Assembly (NCBI GenBank): GCA_965113315.1
Contig: OZ220369.1
DNA length: 64,000 nucleotides
Reading direction: 5' to 3' (one strand)
DNA from: Podarcis vaucheri
Taxonomy: Eukaryota
Part shown: positions 1 to 12,400 of the stretch, in pieces
How positions within the stretch are numbered: the stretch's first letter is position 1
How the letters are laid out: each line of letters opens with the position of its first letter
Made by a program: the position numbers and the translations under genes
The notes under the pieces: generated by a model
The model's database searches: none
Told to the model about the DNA's origin: nothing
The model's input: the letters and a program-made list of their open reading frames with translations, nothing else

Positions 1-286
1 CCTGTCTTTGTTGAAAATCTTTTTAAGCCAAGGGGGGATTTCTCCATCAGCAGCCCAACAGAGCAAAATGGTGGCAGAGCCATTTTGTGATTGCCACAAC
101 CCCTGCTCTTTGCCCTGGGGTGGCCCTTTTGCCAATTCCTCTCTCCCCACCCCCTTGCCCAGTCCCTCTCCATCCAGTCTCATCTCCCATTCTGCCCTAT
201 TCCATACCCACCTGACTTTGCACTGCTGTGCCCGATGTTGGGGCCCCAGCTGTGCCGTCCTACCCATCTCCTCTTGGATTTTGCAG

Positions 287-2711
287 GATTGGTCCAAGGC
301 TAGCCTCTATGAACAGCCGGTGGCAAGCACACTGCAGCGAAGGAAGGACCGTGTAGAGCATCTCCGTGAAGCTGAGCTGGGCTCCACCAGCCTGGTATAC
401 CCAGGAATCAGCTTGGAGGAAGGCTCCAGGCCCCGCATGTCCCCGGCCTCCATTGCTGCCAAGGTATAGCCAGCTTCAGTGTCAAAATGGGAGACCGGGG
501 GGACAGGAACTTGGAATAGGTTTGGTACCCTGGTGATGGAGCACTTACTTGTCCCAAACCTTAGCTAGGAGAGAGGCAACTCCCTGGAGGAGAAGACCCG
601 GGCCTCCTCTGCATGTCTTGTTCCAGAAGGAGATTTACCCAAATAGCAACTGGCATTCTTGAGCTGAGCGCAGAAGGGAATTTCAGGGCAGCAGAGGAAG
701 TTCTCTCAGAGAAGTGTTTTGCAGTTGATGGGTTTTGCTCTCATGAATTGTGAAAAATTGCCACGCCCAGCATGCCAGCAGCTTCCTGTGTAGCCCTTTG
801 CCCTGATGTGGCTTTGGAGCCCTGGAGGAATTGAATGATGCATGTCTGTTGCTTATACGTCATATGTTTGGTGAGGGACCTGCTTGAGTGACCCTGGCAG
901 ACATGATGCCTACTCTCACCAGCTGCTGTATGTGAGTCACTGGGGAATAGCCATGGGAGGGCTGGCCACTGCCTTTAGGTGCCACTTTCCTCCTCCCACT
1001 TCCACCTTGCCTCTGCCCCACAAAGCCCCCTCACTTTCAGCCCCCCTCCAGTACACACAAAAGAAATGGGAATTCTGTGCACATCCTGTCTTGAGCAGAG
1101 CTGCAAATGATGAGGGGCTTATGGGGTGCATGTGGAATTGGGGCACGCACGTTAGCCTTGGAGAGATCCAGGCTAACCACCCACATGGCACCAGCTGCTT
1201 CCTCACTGCAGGTGTTGTGTTCATGGCCAACATAGTTTTGGGGAGTGAGATAACTTGATCATTCTCCTATCTTCCCATCTCCACTTGCTTTCCATTAATG
1301 TTTTCTGACCTTTGGGTGCAGGTGGCCTGGCCCAGGCACACACATGGTGTCATCTCCTGCAGCTCAGGGTGCCATTTGCTTTGAGACCAGCTCATCACAC
1401 CTCACCCTCCCTACCCCACCCCATTTTGTTTCTCCATCAGCATGGGGAGGAAGTGTCCCCAGCCGCAAGTGACCTGGCCATGGTGCTGACCCGAGGCCTG
1501 AGTCTTGAGCACCAGAAGAGTAGCCGGGACTCCCTGCAGTACTCCAGTGGCTACAGCACACAAACCACCACTCCTTCCTGCTCTGAGGACACCATCCCCT
1601 CGCAAGGTATCTCTGCCAATGGGCTTCTTGGCACCCAGGGAAGGAGTGGGGTGGCGTTTTACTTAATGTGGTTGCCCAGTTTAACAATTGATATTTTTAG
1701 GGTGGCATACATGGTTATTAGATTTATCTATATCTTGCCTCCCCTCCCCCCCGGCATGGGATTCAAGGCAGCTTACAACTAAAATAGACACAGGTTATAT
1801 ATATTAACAAAATCAAAATATATACGTATGAAAGATCTCATATAGTGGAGAGTGTTGCGCATGGGGTGCAGCAGTGGCTGCTTGGCTGTGCTGCACCTGC
1901 CAGCTGAGAATGCTGACACCCACCCTGTCATTCTGTCGCCTCCACAGGATCAGATTACGACTGCTATTCTGTGAACGGTGACATGGAAGGGGAGAGCCAG
2001 AGCGAATTCGACAAATCCTCAACTATCCCTCGCAACAGCAACATCGCCCAGAATTACCGGCGCATGATCCAGACCAAGCGGCCTGCTTCTACTGCTGGCC
2101 TGCCCACCGGCACTGCCCTGCCCACCGGCGCTACGCCAGGGGTGGCCACCATCCGCCGCACACCTTCCACCAAGCCCACGGTACGCCGAACCCTCTCCAA
2201 CGCCGGCCCCATTCCCATCAGACCCCCCATCGTCCCTGTCAAGACGCCAACAGTGCCTGACTCCCCTGGGTACACCGGCCCCACCCGGGTGGGCAGCGAG
2301 GAATGTGTGTTCTACACTGACGATGCCTCACCAAGCGCCATGGACTTTGCCAAAGCCTCGCCCAAGAGGCTGAGCCTGCCAAACACCGCCTGGGGCAGCA
2401 ACGTGATGGAGATCTCTGTGTACGCCGGGAAGCACCTCTCCACCGAGGAGGAGGAGCAGCAGCTGGCCGCCAACCGGCACAGCCTGGTGGAGAAGATTGG
2501 GGAGCTGGTAGCCAGTGCCCATGCCCTTGGCGAGGGCCAGTTTCCCTTCCCCACGGGGGTCTCTGCCCTCGGTCCCGGGGAAGAGACACCCACTCCTCCC
2601 CCGGCGGCCTCCAGCGACCCTCCGGCAGAAGACATGCTGGTGGCCATCCGGCGTGGGGTGCGCCTTCGCAGGACCATCACCAATGACAGGTCGGCGCCCC
2701 GGTTTTTGTGA
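287..2711 (+). CDS. MTSS2: MTSS I-BAR domain-containing protein 2 (MTSS1L/ABBA), last three coding exons: 287-463, 1441-1606, 1948-2711 (stop TGA 2709-2711); 5' part lies upstream of the window
   Basis: Spliced translation DWSKASLYEQP...ASIAAK | HGEEVSPAASDLAMVLTRGLSLEHQKSSRDSLQYSSGYSTQTTTPSCSEDTIPSQG | SDYDCYSVNGD...EDMLVAIRRGVRLRRTITNDRSAPRFL* matches the MTSS2 C-terminus including the WH2 motif; AG/GT boundaries with compatible phases; synteny with SF3B3. Confidence 0.95.
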
Positions 2712-4004
2712 TGGACTCTTCCCCAGCGCCTGCTCAGTGCCCACCCGGTGGCTGGAGAGCAACCAGAGTCAGGACTAAACCAGGGGAAATGGAAGAGAAG
2801 TAAACGAACCACAAAAGGCAAAGCCACTTTATGGAGATCGTGTCAGAGTCTAGATATAAAGGAGACTAATCTATATGCCTTTGCTAACAAACCTGCACAG
2901 GCACAGCCTGGCACTGAACTGGTTTTGGAGCCTCTTTTATACACATTGTTTTTCCATCTGCTGCCCTGCCCAGGTTTCCTTTCCCCTCCTGCACCTTCCT
3001 TCATCCTGGCCTGCAGAGAGACCGGTTGCTGCTGCTGCCGCCACAAGGAGGGAGGCCATTCCCTTGCTCCATGATTGTCAGGGAGGAGTGAAAACCTGAA
3101 CTGGATCTAGCAACTACAGTGTTCTTAGTATAAACTACACACACACCCCGACACACTTGCACATGGCAAAGAAATGGAGGCTGCCGTTCCTAGAGAGCAC
3201 CCACCTCCTCCGGACAAAAAAATGCACTGTTAGTCCTGTGCTGAATCCTTCCTTCACAGCTCTCTGTCTGTCTGTCTGTTTGTCTTTCCAGTTATTTTCT
3301 GTTTGCTATCTGTTTGTATCAGCTACTTCAAGAAAGACTTTACAAGCAGCAGTTAACACCCCCGTGAACAATCCCGGAAGCCTCTCGTGTTCCCAGGTGG
3401 ATCCCAAATGCGCAGCTGGAGGAGAGGGTGCAAGGGGCAGGGAGCGGACAACCTGCAGGCATGTCACCAGGCAGGAGGGCCCAATCCCCCCCCAAAAAGA
3501 GGCTGAGTCACAGCCACAGACTTATCGGCCTCTCTTTCCTCCATGGCTCTACTGGGAGAGGAATGGGCAGGTTGGTTATATTCAGGAAGAGGATTGCACT
3601 CTCGTCCGAAGTGGGCTAGGAGCTCTGTAATCTGAGAGGCCGAGGGTTGGGCTGCTGTTGACCGGCCCTCAGTGCCACTTCAGGACCGGGCTTGAACCTT
3701 TTGGTAAGAGCAGTGGCCATGGTTCTCCCTTGAAGGTGGGTGGGTGGGAGCAGAATTGGCAGTGATGGAAAGGTGAAGGTGGGCAGCTGTTGCTCTGGAA
3801 TAGCTGTAGCTAAGTGGATATAGGGGCAAAAGAAGCCTTTTTGTGGATGGTAGTGGAGGACTTTGGTAATTGAGGGCCTTAGAGGGTTTTGAAAGCAGGG
3901 TGTGTGCAAAGACCAAGGGTGTCTGCTCTTGAATTCTCCTACAACCATCTGGCAAGGCCAAAGGTTGTCAAACTGATGCTCACAGGTTCTGGTGTCGCTA
4001 AAAA

Positions 4005-4148
4005 GGCTGTAGCGGAGTGGTAGAGCACTTGCTTGGCATGCAGAAGGTCCCAGGTTCAACTGTTGGCATCTCCAGATAAGAATAGGAAAGATCTTTGTTG
4101 TGGGAGGCTGCTGCCAAGCAGTGTTAGGCAAGGCTGAGTTAGGTGGAG
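4005..4148 (+). mobile_element. Degenerate tRNA-derived SINE (Squam3-like) in the MTSS2 3' UTR
   Basis: tRNA-like head ggctgtagcggagtggtagagcacttgcttggcatgcagaaggtcccaggttcaa followed by ggcatctccag and a SINE body; a similar copy lies at 48612-48801. Confidence 0.7.
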
Positions 4149-6509
4149 TGCTGGGTCTGGGGCAGTGTCCTCTGCCTTTTCCAATGGAAGCCGGTTTTGG
4201 CCAGGTATGGGTATGGTTATGACTAAACCTGTGAGTGTGTGGCAGGGTGCCTCTTCTAACAGCATCAAAAGGGCCCCCATTTTGTCAATATTGGGTGGAT
4301 ACTTTGAAAGGGGTAAAAAGTATCTGCAGAGAGGGAAATAGCTGAACCAACCCTCTTGGTTGGTTCGTTTACCTTTGGCGATGTTGCTGCTGCTTAGCCA
4401 GATCTGATGTACAGTCAACCACATCCCATTCATGGTACAATTCCCCGATTCACCCTGACCTGCTCATGAAATTAAGAGTCCACTGCTGTAATTTAATATA
4501 TATAAAAAAGTGCCCCAGCAGAAAGTGAGGAAAGATTGCCACAAGCAGGCTTTAAAAATGGGGGCAGAGGGGATTTACAGAAACAGGCCGGCTCCCTTGT
4601 TCTGGTTTTGGCCTCCAGATTTATAACCAGATGAATATTCAGCACGGCTTCTTCCTCTGTGCTTGGAGCTGAAGGAGCATGAGTTGGACTGCAGCTCCCA
4701 GCCAGAAGCTCCAGCTTGGGCCATGCAGCTGCTGTAAGAATGTCCACATTTCTCACTGTTTTAGGCTAGGAATGGAGAGCTTTTCACCTTCCAGTGTTAT
4801 TAAGACTCCCATCAATGCTGACCATGGGCTAGGCCGGTTTCTGGGCCTGATGGGAGTTAAGAGTTCAGCAGGCCTGGAGTTTAGGGCATGCAAGCCAGGT
4901 AGTCAGAAGGAATATAAATACAAATTGTGCCTATCACCTTTTTAAGCTGTTTTGCTTGCTTCCACCTGCCCCCCAAATTTGGAACATACCTGCCTATTCT
5001 GCCCCACAGAAACAACTTAAGGTTTTGGATAAATTCATTGAGCTTATTTATATTAGTTATGTAATGCAACTGTTTTAACAACTACTTATACCCAGATCTG
5101 GAGAGTGCAAGAGACTTTGATCTACCTTGTGCTCACCCTGATACTGTCCCAGATAGTCTAGAAATCGGCTGTGTTGGCAAATGGAAAGTGATGTTGGGAA
5201 AGGGGACAGTCTTGAAAGAAAGAGAAAGTGATGGGGAAAGTCAGTGGCTGGGAATTAAGGTGGTCTAAGGTGAGGGGGAAAGAGGGAGAGGCCTTTCCCT
5301 GTGCTTGACTAGGAAGGAATCAGAGAAATGTAGAGTTGAAAGGAACCATGAGAGTCATCTAGTCCAACCCTTTGCAATGCATAAATCTTTTGCCCAAATC
5401 TTTTGGCCCTGGGTTAAGAGTCTCATGCTTTACAGATCAAGCTTCCTCAACGAATGAGGGTCCATTAAACGGCCCCTGCTGCATTACCTCCACCTTTTGT
5501 GTTTGTTGGGCTCAAGAATGAGCATGTCTTGCTTTTCTGTCCTGGGACTGTCGAGTATCCAAGGATCACTGAACAGCACAGATGTAGCACAGATGGGGTG
5601 GTTAAAGTGGGGGAGGCAGAGCCCATGCTAGACATTAGGGGGCTTCCTTTGTCTTTGGATTGGCCAGGCATTCGAGTACAGAGCTTACCCATGCAAAGAA
5701 AAAAATAAAAGATGGGCTTGTGACAATTATTCCAAGAGAGATGCCACCACGTTTCTCATAGCAGCAGCATAGTGGTCAACAACCCTTTCTAAAGTAGAGA
5801 GAGAGCACAGCTGTGGACAGCGTTGAGTGTTGTGTGGTGAGGCACGAGCAAAGCACAGCGGTGGTGAAAACACGAGGTGGCCAAAGCAGCCAACTCAAGG
5901 CCCCTTGCAAGGACTGGGGAGCCTAGAAGCCTCTGAGAAAGCACAACTGCACCTGCTCCCTCTTGCTGGATCTTCCCCATCTCCCCATCCTTAGCCCCTG
6001 CAAGGCACAGCAGGGCCTGGTGTTGTCGTTGTTGTACATAGAGCCACAGCAGTCCCCTCCACCCTCCCCACAGCCCAGACGTCTTATGTGCGCTTGCGTG
6101 GGTGTCACGTTGTAGCCTCCTTAACTCTTATACTGTCGTAGTAATAACAGTTTAGTTTCTAACCAACCAACCTTCCTGTGGGTGCCCCCCTCCTCCCTGT
6201 CATGGCCAGAAATGACAACAGTGACAATGCGTGAGAAATGTTTGCATTTTGCTTTTTATTTTATTTTTATTTTTTTGTACAGAGGAAAAAACCCTTTAAA
6301 ATGTCTCTCTCAACTGATGTTAACTATTCTGGTGCTGTTAACTTGTTCTTTTTTCTAATTTATTTTCCCTACCCCCCCCTTTTGCTAGCAGCCCTGGCCT
6401 TACCCACCCACCCTCTTTCATTCTTAAAGTTAATTATCCTCTCCCTTCTCCCTTCATTTAAAATAGTCACTGCTACAAGTAACGAATGCACTGTGAAGAT
6501 TCCAGTATT

Positions 6510-6515
6510 AATAAA
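6510..6515 (+). terminator. Probable MTSS2 polyadenylation signal (3' UTR ~3.8 kb)
   Basis: AATAAA at the end of an AT-rich block (cactgtgaagattccagtattAATAAAagttgtactgtaattaac) that resembles the conserved MTSS2 mRNA end as I recall it. Confidence 0.7.
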
Positions 6516-8878
6516 AGTTGTACTGTAATTAACGCAAATTGGTTCCTCCCACCCCATCCCACCCATTCTTACTCTCCTACGCATAAGAGGAACAAAGCAG
6601 TTGTTTCTTCAGGCCAGGCACACAACATCCACAGGTGGTTTTCCTACCTGTAACCCTCCTGGAATCACAACACAAATGCTAACACACATTTGTCCCAGTC
6701 ATTCCAATTCTGAATTTATGGTTACAGATATGGAAAGGTAAGTGTATTTTTAAAAAACAAAGCACCAGCTTCTATAGTTCTGACCTAGTAGGGGTTCTTG
6801 GGTCTTAAGGTGTATTTATTTCAGACGAGCATAAGAGCCTGCTGGATTGTAGCAAAGGCCCATCCCGCTCTGGCAGAGACAAACCAGATGCCTGTCGGAA
6901 ACTCAAAAGCAGAGCACAATAGAAACAACTCATGTGAGTCCCAGCAACTGGTATTCAGAAGCACACTGCCTACAACAGTGGAGGTAGCAATCAATTGCTG
7001 CGTCTCTCTGTATATTCTCAAATGGAAAGCAATAAGCATGTGGTGTTTTTTTAGCCTTCTGGGGCCTTTCTTTTTCTAATGCTGTTGCTCTAAAGCCCCA
7101 GCCCCTGGACTAGGAGAAAGGAGCTGGGCGTTGCTGATTTCAGTGCCAGCCAGTGCATCAATCCCCAGCCCTCTTCTCACAGCCATTTGCATAATACCAA
7201 CACCTTGTAGCAAGAAACTAGCATTTCCATGCCCATAGAATCTAAAGAGCTGCGTAGTATCCAAGTGTGCCTGCTTGTGTATGTGGAGAAGTAACAGGGG
7301 TGAAGTCTGAGGGGTATTATTTCTATAGCTTCCACTATAGCAGCATAGAAGATAGTTCTTCCCCACAGCAAGCTTTACCACAGTCTTTGTCACTGACAGC
7401 TGCCCTTCACATCAATCCCCACCCCTAATCACTGAACCATTTCAAGGCTGGGCTGTGTTAGGCCTCTCCACCAGCCCCAACCTTAGTGAGGCAGCAGGGC
7501 AGCAGCACTCCTCCCAAGGCTACACACTGCTCCACTCTGTCTAAGAGGGCAAGACTCTTCCCAACCAGACACAGATTGCTCCCTTTTCCGCAATCCCTCA
7601 CTGGCTACTGGCTCCCTTCTGATGGGCTCTCCTTTTCTTGGAGACAGAGAAGGTCCAGTGTGGCAGTTTGACACAGCATGTCAGAGCCTACTCAAAGCTG
7701 AAAGATAGAGATTTTCAGCTGACAAGAGAATTTGCTTAGTTCTACTTCTGAAATGGATGATATCCAATCCAGAACTCCCACATCCATAATAGCACTTTAA
7801 AGTAATTGTTCAGCGAAGACATTTGAAACAAAAGCAACCTGAAGCACCAGGAAACTCTTGAAAGAAGCCCAGAAAGGCTGGCCCAACTTCTAGATCTGAA
7901 ATCACCTGGCTTTGGGCTTAAATAAAATACTGCTCATAAGTTCTCTGTAGCCTGATCAGGCAAGTGCCCATTCCAGCAAGGGACAGTGCTGCCAGTTCCA
8001 CTGTATTTCTAGCTGGACCTCAACTAAAGGGACCCAAAGTACACTTTGCCAATACAGAATATTAGGTAAGGATTCCCTGCAAAGTCACCAGCAGCTCCCA
8101 GAACCCAGTTATTTTGAGGGAAAACAGACTCCATCTCTGAGCTCATGATTATTAAAACCAGACACTGATCTCTCAGCAGCCAGCACATTTTGAACTAAAC
8201 ATCTGGTCCCCGTAATATCTGAAGGGCATTTGTATCTCTTCAAGCAAGTATCTGCGTTTAGGAGCTGCAGCCAGTCACAAGTTCTACAGACACCTGCACT
8301 CTGTCCTCCAGAGGTCAGGAACCTGTGCCCTTCCAAGTATTTGCTACAGCTCCCATTATCCCTGACTATTGGGCCAGGCTGACTTGGATGAATCAAACCC
8401 CTGTATTACATTTAAAACAAGTAGTCAGCCCACCATACAAACAGAGAGATCTGTCATTCATATGTAATGCAGCCCCAAGAGCAGCTCACAGGGAGGACAT
8501 GCAAAAGGTTTGCTTTTGAGGAAAGTAAACATAACAGCAACATTATCTTCTCTGAAGGGCTAGAGTAGGTTGGGAGACAATTCCAGAACTTGAGCATAAA
8601 CCTCCTTAGGACAGCTGAGAGGGCTGGTCTTCCACAGCAGAGTAAACGGAGAGTAAGATCTCTAGAGAAATACAGAGCCTAATAGGAAACGTGGCTTTCT
8701 GCAGCCCAAAGGGTAAGAAGTGCATCATTTTAAAATGAATGATAAGATTGATCTTCCCATGAATTTAATGTGCCATTGGCAGAGCTCCTCCCTAGCTCAT
8801 GTCCCCAGGAGCAGGTAAAATTCATGAGAGAAGTCACCAAACAGGTTTGTCAGCCAACCTTTAATCCAGATGCTGGGT

Positions 8879-8884
8879 TTTATT
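8879..8884 (-). terminator. Probable SF3B3 polyadenylation signal
   Basis: tttatt on + (AATAAA on -) ~535 nt past the SF3B3 stop, with ATTAAA (tttaat 8860-8865) just beyond. Confidence 0.6.
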
Positions 8885-9418
8885 AAAGAAAAATCTATGG
8901 CCAGATTCACACAGGCCATCTCTTCAGCAGACAAAAGGCTAACTTGGTACAAGACTCTATTTACAAACACAGAGATAAAAACTGCAGGATGGAAAAATTA
9001 CACCAGCCATGCCCACAAGGCTTCCCAGACACTGGCCAATGGAAGAGGAGGAGCCTTAACGTCCCTGTGCTCATATCTTACCAACTCAGAAAAGGGGACT
9101 TCATCTAGCTAGGTCACTTGACAAGGAAAGGGCACCAGGGCCTTGTCCAAGGGCAGGTCGGTAGTGGGTGCAGCACCCAAACTGTCTGTAAAAAGGGTGG
9201 AGCCAGAAACACACCTGAAAGGGGAGGCCTCGCCACTTGGGAGAACCTGACTGACTCCTGGAACAGCATGGACAGAACAGGTTGATGACATGGTTGGACT
9301 TTCAAGTCGCTGGAAGAAAACAAGAATACCAAAGTGGGAGCAACTGGCCAAAAAAGCTCATACCCTTCAAAACATCTTTGGAACAGGAATCCCAGCCACG
9401 TCCTTGAAAAGGCGCCTC

Positions 9419-12400
9419 TCAGAAAGCATAGCGGGTGCGGATGTCCTCTAGCTTCTTGGACACCTCTGGTGGGGTCCTGTCCAGCTCTTCAGACACGTTC
9501 TTCTGCTTGTTGGGCTCCATGGAGTTGAACTGCTCACACAGATCCCCATCAATGACATTCTAGCAAGAGAAAGAAAGAGCGGGGGGCTATTTTAGAAGCT
9601 GCAGCCCATGGAACAAAGGAGGGAATGGGCTCAAGCACAGAAAGCAGACCCAAAGCACACAGAACAAGAGGCCTTGTCTAAGAGGCCCAAAGGTTCTCCA
9701 CAAAAGTCACAATGAATAAAAGCAAATTCTCTCTTTAAAAAAGTACAGGTGTTCAGCAGACATTTGCCTAAAAGTGAAAAATGAAGGTGTCCACAAGTTC
9801 ATGGAATGGGGGGGGGGCGGGACAAAAAACTAGCAAACTCCAGCAAAAAACCTTGAACTGTCTTGCTCAAGATCACCCCAGGGCTTGGCATGTGGTGAAC
9901 TTGCAGGTTTAGAGCTACACTGATAATGTTGCAGTCTAGAAATGAAGACTTAACAGTGCTAATGCAAAAATAACCTGCTACATGACTCCTCATTGTCAGA
10001 GAAGCATTTCCGGAAATGCAGATTCATATGGGGGGCCAGAAACCAAATTCTGACACCATGGACAGTGCTGCCCTACCCATGATGTACAGGTGACCCAAGA
10101 GAAACACATGGTTTCCCAAGAAAAAAGAAAACCCACCTTGATACCTAGGTTAGTTCTAACGGGATGCTACCATCACCAGGGAGAACTGCAATAGGGAATC
10201 GCGGGGAGGGGGCTTGAAATCTATACTTATCACTTAGAAAAGATAAATATCTATTCAGACAAACCACCAAGATGGTGAAAAAGAAAAAGTCAGAGAATCA
10301 TGTAGACATATAGGCCCCACTGCTGATTACCCTTCTTAGCAAGCAGAATCCTGTCCTGGAAAGCCATTCCAGCAACCTCAGCAGATGCTCTGACCAAAGC
10401 ATAAAATGCAGGGGGAAATTTGGCCTTCACATTGGCAACTTTTACCCATGAACAGAGCTCAAGTGCTTACTAGCATATGATGGACACGTAGCAGAGACCC
10501 ACAAACTCAGCCTACCTTCACTGGGAAGTAATAGGAGCGGAAGCTGAGGTGGTCTCGTCCACAGAGAGGAGGGTGTTCAGACCTCAGATGCATCTCAACG
10601 TGCTGGAAGAAGTCATGATCCTGAAAAGAGCAGAGAGCACCATCAAAGGTAAAGGAAAACAGCTGGAAGCAGCAGTGTCACGCCACACCCGGGGCGAGCA
10701 TTGAAAAGAGGAGTGGCTGTGATTGGTACACTGGTTGACAACACGCCACCTGAACAAACCTCTTAGAGCAGGGGTAGGCAACCTAAGGCCCAGGGGCAGG
10801 ATGCGGACCAATCGTCTTCTCAATCTGGCCCACAGACAGTCCGGGAATTAGCGTGTTTTTATATGAGTAGAATGTGTGCTTTTATTTAAAATGCATCTCT
10901 GGGTTATTTGTGGGGCATAGGAATTGGTTCAGGTTTTTTTTCTTCAAAATATCGTCCAGCCCACCACATGGTCGGAGGGACAGTGGACCGGCCCAGGGCT
11001 GGAAAAGGTTGCTAACCCCTGTCCTAGAGAGAGTGAGCCCTCTGCAGGCTGGCATTCATCATTTTGGGGAAGGATGTATTTACATAGCAGGAAGTTCATC
11101 ACAAAGCACTGGTCCAATGTGGATTTCCCTCTTTGGAAACCTGCCTGGACTTCAGATATCACCTTATTTGTATCTGCCCATTCTTCCAGTCTCCCAAGAA
11201 GGAGCCTGACATATAGTTTAGAGGGTACAGGTAACAAACTAATGGGTCTATAACTGGCAGGATTTTTCTAATCACCCTTTTTGTATATTGGGGCAATTAT
11301 ACTCAGCTTCCACCCTTCCGGTATGCGACCTGAGCTGTTAATATATGAAAACTGTTTTGCAAAAATGGGTGACCAGAAATCCGGTCTTATCTTATAAATC
11401 TCCATTGGGATCATGTCTTCTCCTGGAGCTTTACTGGCTAGTTGGCTTACAATTAGCCTTTTAATCTGATTGGGCGTGATGTCTGGCCAGTCTGGCAGTT
11501 ATAATAACTGAGTATAGTAAACTTGTGAGGGTGGGTCAGAGTGGGGGCCATATATTCTTGTAAAATATGCCACCCAATCCTTTCCTTGGACAGATGCTTC
11601 TAACGAGTAGCCCAGCCCATTTGTACCGTGGGCAACCAAATGCCCAAATTTCCATGAGTCCTTTTTAGCTCTGCTTCATTCTGTCATGCAATAAAATTTT
11701 GGTCATGCCTCATGGCCAGAGCCAACTGGCAAATGTGGGTGTCACCTGTGTCAGCAACGGTTTTCAGGGTACATTATATTGCCAGGTATCAGTGTATGCA
11801 TTGGGGAGGGGGGAGACATACAGAGAGCAAAGAGAGCCATAGGCAGCTCAGGAGGTCCAACAGCAGCCAAGCTCAGTACGTGCATTAAAGCAGATCCATT
11901 TCTGATCCACACAAGGAAGAGCCAAGAGGCCAACTGTGGGCAGGGAGTGGCATAGCCTCCCCACCCTTTCAGCTTTCTCTTCCATCCTCCCATAACTCAC
12001 TGTCGCTACTGCAGGGCATTAAGTGCTCCTGCTGCACTATGTAGATGAACAACTCTTAATATTTCCATCATACGAGAACTTCCTACCTCATGTGATGTAA
12101 ACGGGACCAGAATGCCAATGCCCCCAGATAAGGTCGTGTAGACAAGAGATTCAGAGCCTCCGGGGATTAGAGTCGTCTTCTGCAGGGACAGGACTGTTTC
12201 CCCTACATGGTAGTTCATAATCACCTCTGCCTGAAAGTAAGACAAGCAAGACTTCAGCAGGTGACCTAAGATAATGCACTAAATCCAGACAATCTCATTT
12301 TCATTAAAGAAAACCTACATTTATCACTTCCAGTGGTTGGCGAGGACATTTCAAAACACACTTATAATGCAAACTTGCAACAGTGATTTCCTATGTGTAA

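Noticed and set aside
2312-2827. 171-aa antisense ORF over the MTSS2 last exon, and the many other 60-170 aa ORFs in the track
   Set aside because: Shadow frames of GC-rich exons or chance intronic/UTR ORFs with no recognisable domain.
4005-4075. tRNA gene
   Set aside because: Degenerate tRNA-like head continuing into a SINE body, with no intact acceptor stem; the same applies at ~48730-48801 and ~62635.
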